This document shows positions 56,522 through 64,000 of a DNA stretch of 64,000 bases, in pieces. Location: the NCBI GenBank assembly GCA_035627515.1, contig DASPLQ010000012.1, positions 71,269-135,268 on the forward strand. The letters are read 5' to 3'. A program made the position numbers and the translations under genes. The notes under the pieces were generated by a model that saw nothing but the letters and a program-made list of their open reading frames with translations, was not told the origin of the DNA and ran no database searches. The first letter of the stretch is position 1, and each line of letters starts with the position of its first letter. This stretch comes from Vitreimonas sp. (lineage in GTDB: Bacteria > Patescibacteriota > Microgenomatia > UBA1400 > PJMF01).

Positions 56522-58407
56522 ACTTGTGAGACTTCACTCATGGTAGTATACTTCCCGAGAAGTTGCAAATCAGGGTGTGCTCTTTTTTAACACTCAAAAT
56601 CGATGCTTCAGTGAGTGAAATTTTTATCACTTATCCCCTTTTTTCCTCAAGTTATTTAGAAAATATAGGACATTAGCAGAGAAAGGCAAATTCTGCTAAT
56701 TTAGATGCAAAAAAATTAATGGCCTTTGATCAATCCTTTTTAGTCTTTTTATCGAGCAAGTCATTGATACTATTTGATAGTATTTGACTATTTTTGAGGA
56801 CGTTATTAAAACGTTTAACTAAGGATAATTACTGGCTGTAGTAGGTTTTCCAGTTGGTTAATTTGTAACTAAAAACCTTCATAATTTACATCGCCGGTTC
56901 ACCTAAAACATCCTGATACTTATCTCCCAAATTTAAATCGTGGTTACACTTTAGCGTCCATAACGATTTGGTTTTAGGCAGATATGATTTTTAATTACCA
57001 CAGATGATTATGACAACTCATATTGAGTACAGACTTTAAGTACGCACTAAGTCGTGTTTAATTTTCAGTTACCGTTTGTGATTACTATGGTCGTGGTGAT
57101 TTTTTAACGCGGTAGATACTACGTCACACACTAAATACTAAATAAAAAGCCTTTTTCTCTAATTTATATAATTATAAGAAAGAATTGATCAATAAAGCTT
57201 TTAAATTTCTCCAGGCTAAAAATGACCCTCTAAAAGCCTCAAAAACGGCTTTTTATTTAAAAAATGACTAGTTAGCCGTCTCATTTTTAGGCGTTTTCAC
57301 CTCTTTTCCTTCAAGTACCAGGCATAATTAAAAAAACTCACAACTATGCCATTATCATCACTACAAAATGGCAGTGCTGCGTTCTTACAATAATTATGCG
57401 GCAATCGGTAGAGAAGACCGGTAGAAGAGACCTAGCGACTTAATAAGCCATCAGAAATGAAGTACCTAAGCGAGACAGAGCATATCTAGATTACAAATTG
57501 CATATCTGGAAAAGAACACAGATTGTACAGATAAAAGGATTGATTAATAAATCTAATTTATAAGTAGCCAAAAGCCTCTCTCGGCAAACACATAGGTTAA
57601 TGTCGTAAAAGTATTATTGTGCGACATAACACAATATGCGATTCCTCCCCTGGTGGAGAGTAGAAGTTAGAGTTTTATAGAAATTGTGCATGTACCGTAG
57701 TATGTCTTCCCGATAGGTACCAAGTGGAGTTATCACTCCCTTAATAATCCTGGTCTAAAAAGCCCTCTCGGCCTCTCTCCAGAAAATGCCATTTTTAAGC
57801 TTCCAGGCGTATTTTTCTTCTTCTTACCTGTTTGTGAGGGAAGGCATTCGGGTTTTTTATGTTTTGTGCTCTGTTCCAGAGGACAAATAGATGTTTAAAT
57901 TCTTGAGTACATATACTACTTTCTCTGCACTTTAGCCTGGATTCTTGCAAATAAGTCCTATAATTATTTAAAGTTTTCCACAATACTTTTTTGCATCAAA
58001 CTATATCACTCTTCCCTGTCTTCACCTGGTAATTAAAATTTTCACGCTCTCTTCTCTATCTTTTCACGGTTTACCTTTTCCCACCATTTCCAGGCTTATT
58101 CACGTTTGTTTTCTTTTATATTTATTTATATTTTTTACCTGTAAGTTATGTCTTAACTTGCCTTGAGTGTCCTTAAACCCAGGTCAACCAGACATATAAA
58201 AAGTTCTTTATCAAGGAATATGCCTTAAACCAGGCTAAAAACCTCATTGCTCTTCCCTGCTCCATTAACGCAGAATTGCCGCAAAAAGAGTTGTGCTTCA
58301 TCATTAATCGATAATCAGTATAAATTTTAGGCTGAAGTGATTACAAAATGTACATTTGCCAGGTAGAAATTTGCAGCAGCATGGACTGCACTGAGGCAGC
58401 GTCTGCT

Positions 58408-59166
58408 CTATCTTCTGGCTTTAACTACATTGTGTGGAGGTGCATCATTGCCTGGACCCTGCCGTCTGGCTAATACAGTTGGTAGATATGGATTTTTAAT
58501 AATCAACAAACTTGATTCAACGGAGCCACTGCCCTTGAGCTCATCGCTCATCAATCTCGAAATAAAAGTTTCTTTACTTATGCGCTCTAATTCATTAGTA
58601 CGCATAGGATTCATTAAACTCACCTCAACACCAGTAGCAACCCGCTGAATATCATTAACTACTACCCAGTGTCCAATACTGCCCATGGAATAGGCAACCA
58701 AAGGAAAATAACCTTTTCTTAATGCTTCTGCTATTTTTTCCAATTTAATGTCTGAACTGCCAATATATAATTCGGAATCAAGACTCAATTCCTCTCTGAT
58801 AAAAACTTGTGTTCGCTCATTCCCAATAATGCCTCCGTTAGCAAGTAAACCCTGTTCTCGAGCTTTTTCGGCTAAGCTGGCTTCATTTGGAGCGTACGCC
58901 CGTCCCTGCGACCGGGCTAAACTCCTTTTGACCGCTATCAAGCAAGCCAACAAACAGGTATCGTTACTTTGCTGTTGATATACTTCCAAACCGGGAATTC
59001 CTGCTCGTCTTAAACCAGACGGAATAGCTAAAGTGTCAATTCTGAATATTAGATCAGATTGCAACTGTTGTCTTTTTAGTGAAAATTCTTGTTCATCGAC
59101 AAGGCGAAGAGCCTGAATTGTATTAGGAGAAAAACCTCTGTCCTCTGGGGTGTTCATAGCCATCAC
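58408..59166 (-). CDS. Papain-like cysteine peptidase domain protein (C39-like)
   Basis: QQQSNDTCLLACLIAV Cys motif resembling the C39 Q...C(G)xACL, with a downstream His in SIGHWVVVND. Confidence 0.35.
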   Translation of the reverse strand: MMAMNTPEDRGFSPNTIQALRLVDEQEFSLKRQQLQSDLIFRIDTLAIPSGLRRAGIPGLEVYQQQSNDTCLLACLIAVKRSLARSQGRAYAPNEASLAEKAREQGLLANGGIIGNERTQVFIREELSLDSELYIGSSDIKLEKIAEALRKGYFPLVAYSMGSIGHWVVVNDIQRVATGVEVSLMNPMRTNELERISKETFISRLMSDELKGSGSVESSLLIIKNPYLPTVLARRQGPGNDAPPHNVVKARR

Positions 59167-59201
59167 AGTATATCATGTCCCATTCTTGATATATTTTCTT
59201 G

Positions 59202-59969
59202 CTACTTCAACGGAAACAACACCACAAACACCAACCCTAAAAACACCGCCACCAGCGAGTACTCAGTCATGGTTTTGTTAAATAAACGGCCACGCAAAAA
59301 GTTGTGGAATAAACCCAGCGCAATATACAAAAAGGTCATCACAAATAGAGCCTGGTTCCAGACAGAAAAAGGGTAAAACGACAAAATCAAGCCTAACTCA
59401 GCTAAAGCGACACTGGAAAGTAACGCCAAACCAGTCACTTTCTCCGAAATGCGGGGTTCCAGCTCGATTGACCAGAGAGACATCAATACCAACGGAAAAT
59501 GCACTAGTCCAATTGCTAAACCATTCACAAACCAGGGTAACCGCAGCGAAAAAACGGTATTCGTAAACAACAGCGAAGTCAGGAGTGTAAATAACAACCC
59601 AATGGCATGTGCGGCGTGCAACAACTGGATTGTCCGGCCTTTCGCCACTGAATAAATATTTGAGGTCAGGTACAAGGCGTACATTCCAATACAAAATAGC
59701 ACTAAAATAAACAACTTGCTCAATAAATGCTCAGGTAATAGAAAGTAAAATAAAGCTACTGCGCCGGTGTAAAAGGCTGGAAATGGGACAATTGTCACCC
59801 ACTCATGTCGTTGCAGGTCATCAGCTAATGCCCAGGCAGAAATTAAGTAGGAAACCAAGGTCAAAACGGCCACTGCCCAATAGCGATACTCCAGCGTCAC
59901 ATACTGGACACCAAGCAAGCCCAAACTGAGCAAGATGGAAGCAATCACAAACTTTTCGCGACGACGCAT
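59202..59969 (-). CDS. Hypothetical polytopic membrane protein
   Basis: 255 aa with ~8 hydrophobic helices. Confidence 0.45.
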   Translation of the reverse strand: MRRREKFVIASILLSLGLLGVQYVTLEYRYWAVAVLTLVSYLISAWALADDLQRHEWVTIVPFPAFYTGAVALFYFLLPEHLLSKLFILVLFCIGMYALYLTSNIYSVAKGRTIQLLHAAHAIGLLFTLLTSLLFTNTVFSLRLPWFVNGLAIGLVHFPLVLMSLWSIELEPRISEKVTGLALLSSVALAELGLILSFYPFSVWNQALFVMTFLYIALGLFHNFLRGRLFNKTMTEYSLVAVFLGLVFVVLFPLK

Positions 59970-60011
59970 ATGTTAATCATTAAACCACATCACAGACAAT
60001 TACGGCAGGGA

Positions 60012-60575
60012 TTAGGCTTCAGCCGTGGCCCACTCGGCCGCAGCAAAAACGTCTTCCACATCATCATTTTCTCTTAATTGATCAATTAAATCTTCAATTT
60101 GGACAATTAATTCAGGATCTTCTAATTTCATCGGCATACTTGGAACCCACTCCTCCCCTGTCCCGCGAGTAAACAAAAACTGTACTGACCCTGGACTCCC
60201 CAAGCTACCACCATTCCTCGATAAAATAAACCGCATCTCACCGCTGGTGCGCTGAGTGTTATCGGTGTTAGCGACTATCATCAAGCCTACTCCACCAGGG
60301 CCATACCCTTCATAGGTAATGGTTTGCAGGCTCTTGCCATCACGTTTACCTAAACCGGTATCAATCGCGCGCTGAATTTTGACGTTGGGCATGTTAATGC
60401 CGCGAGCTTTATCGAGCGCCAATCGTAAACTCGGGTTACTCTTAGGATCACCGGATTTGCCCTCTTTGACCGCTACCCGAATCATTTTCGCGATCAAACT
60501 AAATTCCTTGGCTCGCTTTTGATCAGCTGCGCCTTTGCGATTTTTGATGTTGTTCCATTTACTGTGACCTGCCAT
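60012..60575 (-). CDS. YebC/PmpR family DNA-binding protein (short form)
   Basis: N-terminal MAGHSKWNNIKNRKGAADQKRAKEFSLIAKMI, characteristic of the YebC/TACO1 family. Confidence 0.7.
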   Translation of the reverse strand: MAGHSKWNNIKNRKGAADQKRAKEFSLIAKMIRVAVKEGKSGDPKSNPSLRLALDKARGINMPNVKIQRAIDTGLGKRDGKSLQTITYEGYGPGGVGLMIVANTDNTQRTSGEMRFILSRNGGSLGSPGSVQFLFTRGTGEEWVPSMPMKLEDPELIVQIEDLIDQLRENDDVEDVFAAAEWATAEA

Positions 60576-60770
60576 ATATTAGGTAGTTAGGTAATTAGTG
60601 ATTAGATAGCTAGAAAGCTAACAGGAGTATTATAACTCTGGAAGTTCGTTCCTCAATTCGGAATTACTTTTTACTCAATAACTCATGATTTAACCTTGAC
60701 AATTAGCTCGCAGCCGCGTATTCTTCGTCATTAATTTTGCGTACATTTTTTTTGAAAGAAATGGCCACCC

Positions 60771-61544
60771 ATGACCACTGCCTCTTCTCTCCAGAACCTA
60801 GCTATTCAAGCCGCCAAAGATCAGAATTGGGCTGAGGCTGCTAAACTTAATCAGACCATACTGGTCCAAAACCCTGCCGATTTAGGCGCACTTAATCGCC
60901 TTGGCGTTGCCTATGGACAGCTGGGTGAGCTCTCCAAAGCTAAAGAATCTTTCAAAACCGTGCTCCAGTTTGATAAATCTAATACCATTGCTAAAAAACA
61001 CCTGACTAAATTGTCCAACAACCAAGAACTCTCTGCTCCCTCATTCACTAAAGTTCACTTTATTGAAGAACCAGGTAAAACCAAAATTGTGGAGCTGCAC
61101 CGCTTAGCCGGTAAAAACGTGCTTGATAACTTAGCGATTGGCCAGCTTTGTGAACTAAAAACCAAGAACCGCTATGTCTCGGTGGATGCCAATGGCACCT
61201 ACATTGGAGCCCTGCCTGAAGACTTATCCTTCCGGCTCTGCAAGCTCTTGAATAGTGGTAACCACTACGAGTGCTACGTCCACTCTTTTACCAGCAACAG
61301 TTGCCAAGTTTATATCCGTGAGACTCTCCGCTCAGTTGAAAACAGAGACATTCACTCCTTCCCACCTGTTAAAAGTCACTTGGCCGCTATTAACGACATT
61401 GATGAAGAATTCTTGCTTGAAGAAGACATTCCGGTGGAAATTGTGGAAACTGACCGTGACATGGTCGAAACCGAACGTGAGTTAGAAGAAGAAGATAAAA
61501 CGTTCGAACCAATGGAACTCCCTGACAACTCTGAGGAAAATTAA
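60771..61544 (+). CDS. TPR-repeat protein with an acidic C-terminus
   Basis: N-terminal tetratricopeptide-like helices (WAEAAKLNQTIL...ALNRLGVAYGQLGELSKAKESFKTVLQFD). Confidence 0.45.
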   Translation: MTTASSLQNLAIQAAKDQNWAEAAKLNQTILVQNPADLGALNRLGVAYGQLGELSKAKESFKTVLQFDKSNTIAKKHLTKLSNNQELSAPSFTKVHFIEEPGKTKIVELHRLAGKNVLDNLAIGQLCELKTKNRYVSVDANGTYIGALPEDLSFRLCKLLNSGNHYECYVHSFTSNSCQVYIRETLRSVENRDIHSFPPVKSHLAAINDIDEEFLLEEDIPVEIVETDRDMVETERELEEEDKTFEPMELPDNSEEN

Positions 61545-61567
61545 CCGGCTTTACTTCCTGGCTTTAG

Positions 61568-62560
61568 TTATTGCTCCAGAGCTTGGGCGACGTCTTCCCC
61601 AATCAATAACACTTGTTTGGCTCGGTACTCAGTGGTCAGCACTGGGTTAGGGTGTGGGAGCAGCTTGCGAGGCATCACTGCCTGGATCAGCCTCGTGACT
61701 TGGGCGCAATTGCCCTCTGATTCAATACTCAACCCCGTCTCAACAGCCCGCTGGGTGCTATCCGTGGTTTTGACAACCAGTACCTGACTGTGCTCAAGAA
61801 CAGTGGTCACCTGACTCGCCAGTCCAGCGGTGGCTGTGGTATTCACCACCGCAACCGCGCAGGCTTCCAGATTCACAGGTTGAGGTAACTGTGACCATAG
61901 CCTACTCAACTCACTCAACGTACTGGGTTTGAGTTCATCCACTTGGGAAAGATTATAATTACGAATATAAAAATACCACGCAGCCCGTTGTCGCCACGAA
62001 GCGTGGGGCTGCGGACGCCATAACACTGACCATAACAGCCGTTGTAAGTCTGGCGGGGCTTGGTAGCTGGCAGCTGCTTCTGTCTGCATCACCACGGTCC
62101 AGGGATATTCCAGCCCCACAGAATAAGCAGCTCTGATAAATTCTGGCTGGCGCTGGTTGGTTTTTAACAACGGCCACACTGCTCCCAATTGATACTCGCC
62201 ATAGCCTCCCATCACCGGAACTTTTTCTTCAACTGGTAACGAGACCACCGTCACTCGCGAACTGGCGGGAGCAATCACCACACCCACTATGACCGGAGTC
62301 CGTCCGTTTATTTCACTTGAGACTAACAAAAGATGTTCATCTTCCGTCAATGGAAATAACTGGGCCCCAAAGCTCATCACTAACTGAAATAAAATAAAAC
62401 CGAGAATTGCCAACCCGATTGCCCCACTCACCAACCGCTGGCACCACCGGGAAAAACCTCCACTGCGGCTATTTCCTCTGGATTGGCGTGGTTTGACTGG
62501 GCCATGAGAAGATGAACGTTTAGAACCTGACAGCTGGGCAGCGCGGGAAAGAGTCGTCAC
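61568..62560 (-). CDS. Membrane-anchored hypothetical protein (possibly LytR-CpsA-Psr-like)
   Basis: Basic cytoplasmic N-terminus and a single TM. The extracellular domain has weak LCP-like motifs (NGRTPVIVGVV..., FIRAAYSVG). Translationally coupled to tgt by a 4 nt overlap. Confidence 0.3.
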   Translation of the reverse strand: MTTLSRAAQLSGSKRSSSHGPVKPRQSRGNSRSGGFSRWCQRLVSGAIGLAILGFILFQLVMSFGAQLFPLTEDEHLLLVSSEINGRTPVIVGVVIAPASSRVTVVSLPVEEKVPVMGGYGEYQLGAVWPLLKTNQRQPEFIRAAYSVGLEYPWTVVMQTEAAASYQAPPDLQRLLWSVLWRPQPHASWRQRAAWYFYIRNYNLSQVDELKPSTLSELSRLWSQLPQPVNLEACAVAVVNTTATAGLASQVTTVLEHSQVLVVKTTDSTQRAVETGLSIESEGNCAQVTRLIQAVMPRKLLPHPNPVLTTEYRAKQVLLIGEDVAQALEQ

Positions 62561-63756
62561 CTATTAAGAATAGCGGTTCGCATCTCTTCACTCAAGCGGA
62601 TCATGAAGCGAACATTATGGATCGAAGCTAAGCGATAGTAGGTCAACTCACGGGTTTTTAATAAATGATGTAAATAGGCGCGAGTGTAACCTTGGTGACA
62701 CGTAAAGCAATCACACCCGTCCTGAATGACTCGGTTGTCCTGAGCAAACTGAGCTTTACCAATCGTCATCCGACCTAGGTGAAATTCAGATTCGAAACCT
62801 AACTTCCCAGTCTTATCCATCGTTAGTTGGCCATGATAAAGCGAACCATTACGGGCAATCCGAGTCGGCGCCACACAATCAAACATATCGAAACCCACGT
62901 TGACGGCATCTACTAAATCTTGCGGATTCAAACCCAAACCCATAGCATAGCGGGGTTTATCAGCCGGCAACAGCGGCTCAATCCAGCTCATCACTTCTGC
63001 CGTTCCAGCCATGTTATATCCAATCGTTTCCCCCCCGACTGCAATCCCATCAAATCCTAACCCAGTGATAACCTTGGCTGACTCTTGTCTAAGTTCAGGA
63101 TGCATGGCCCCTTGGACAATCCCAAACAACGCTTGATAATCGCCATAATAGCTTAAGCGCTGCTGTTGATCCCAATACTCAACACACTGTTGAGCCCAAT
63201 GGTGAGTGCGACTAAGAGCTTGTTTGGCATAGCGAAGATCGGCCTTATCAGGGGTACACTCATCAAAAGCCATGATAATATCTGCTCCAATCCAGCGTTG
63301 AATCTCGATGGCAGTCTCGGGACTAAAAAAATGTTTCGAGCCATCAACATACGACCGGAACTTCACCCCTTCATCTGTAATCTTGGCAAAAGATACACCC
63401 CCTTTAGCTTTGTTCTGCAAACCAAGGGAGAAAACTTGAAAGCCCCCAGAGTCGGTAAGAATCGGTTTATTCCACCTCATAAATTGGTGGAGACCACCTT
63501 GACTGGTGAGCACGTCTTTGCCGGGCCGCAGATACAAGTGATACGTGTTGGCTAAAATAATCGGTGCTTGAGTAGCCTCGGTGTCTTCGCTGTCTAAAGC
63601 TTTGACACTGGCTTGGGTCCCCACGGGCATATAGATAGGTGTGTTGACCCGGCCATGTGGTGTTTCGAAATAGCCAGTGCGAGCCTGCCCTATGCTTTTT
63701 TCGAGCACAAATTTGAATGACGAGGAATGTGACATGACTTGAGCATTATAAGTCAC
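62557..63756 (-). CDS. tgt: Queuine tRNA-ribosyltransferase
   Basis: LTDSGGFQV active-site Asp region, and Zn site CDCFTCHQGYTRAYLHHL. 399 aa; the start may be at the internal Met (MSHSSS...). Confidence 0.85.
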   Translation of the reverse strand: MTYNAQVMSHSSSFKFVLEKSIGQARTGYFETPHGRVNTPIYMPVGTQASVKALDSEDTEATQAPIILANTYHLYLRPGKDVLTSQGGLHQFMRWNKPILTDSGGFQVFSLGLQNKAKGGVSFAKITDEGVKFRSYVDGSKHFFSPETAIEIQRWIGADIIMAFDECTPDKADLRYAKQALSRTHHWAQQCVEYWDQQQRLSYYGDYQALFGIVQGAMHPELRQESAKVITGLGFDGIAVGGETIGYNMAGTAEVMSWIEPLLPADKPRYAMGLGLNPQDLVDAVNVGFDMFDCVAPTRIARNGSLYHGQLTMDKTGKLGFESEFHLGRMTIGKAQFAQDNRVIQDGCDCFTCHQGYTRAYLHHLLKTRELTYYRLASIHNVRFMIRLSEEMRTAILNR

Positions 63757-63823
63757 TTAGGTACATTTTGCATATCATCCAGGCAAGCTTTTGCAACAAT
63801 GTTGACTACTATATAATACCCAG

Positions 63824-64000
63824 GTGCTTACGCTTGCCAACTTTACCTACCCTGTCCCGCCTGAACTCATTGCTCAAACCCCGGCGGTACCACGCGACTC
63901 CAGTCGCTTGCTGGTTCTGGATCGCGAAACCCAAGCCATCACGCACCATCATTTCTCAGACCTTCCCGATCTTCTCCAGCCCACCGACGTCATCGTCCGT
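63824..64000 (+). CDS. queA: S-adenosylmethionine:tRNA ribosyltransferase-isomerase, N-terminal fragment running off the window end
   Basis: GTG start. VPPELIAQTPAVPRDSSRLLVLDRETQAITHHHFSDLPDLLQPTDVIV matches the QueA N-terminus. Divergent from tgt. Confidence 0.7.
   Translation, partial: MLTLANFTYPVPPELIAQTPAVPRDSSRLLVLDRETQAITHHHFSDLPDLLQPTDVIVR

Overview
This 64 kb window looks like a chromosomal segment from a small-genome, probably monoderm bacterium. The basis is a CPR/Saccharibacteria-like gene content: short PheT, short GyrB, and type IV pilus genes with no secretin. Compositional remarks (AT-rich, GC-balanced) are by eye only. It uses the standard genetic code; stops are TAA, TAG and TGA.

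The core backbone is:
- pheS, then a GNAT-like insert, then pheT
- a class A PBP and a parDE toxin-antitoxin pair
- tyrS, recG, an rpmF-like gene, nusB, an ACP-like gene, rnc, rpsP and a KH-domain gene
- holB, gyrB, ppa, gyrA and an atypical J-domain protein
- tRNA-Ala(GGC), a Xer-type recombinase, a YebC-family gene, and tgt divergent from queA

Two type IV pilus loci sit on the minus strand:
- pilM-pilN-pilO with an upstream PilX_N-like gene
- pilB-pilT-pilC, a major pilin, pilD, and five further prepilin-like genes, with a sixth convergent on the plus strand

The parts that look accessory or unusual are:
- a triad on the minus strand: two paralogous proteins, each with a nucleoside 2-deoxyribosyltransferase-like domain fused to a C-terminal ribbon-helix-helix, flanking a SAM-dependent methyltransferase
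- an AT-rich island carrying a 746 aa orphan protein and a 788 aa secreted, extremely Cys-rich protein with a canonical thrombospondin type 1 repeat
- a family of seven copies of a 29 bp palindromic element; one copy is the parDE promoter/operator, and the others sit in mosaic intergenic repeat blocks
- a tRNA-like 3' fragment embedded in a terminator-ended transcript upstream of recG
- a 1.9 kb ORF-free AT-rich stretch next to the recombinase
- a candidate protein O-glycosylation set: a PglL/Wzy_C-like ligase, a PMT/ArnT-like GT-C, and Pro-Ser-rich tails on the PBP and one pilin

I found no CRISPR array, transposase or rRNA. Product calls come from motif recognition in the supplied translations. 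No database search was run.
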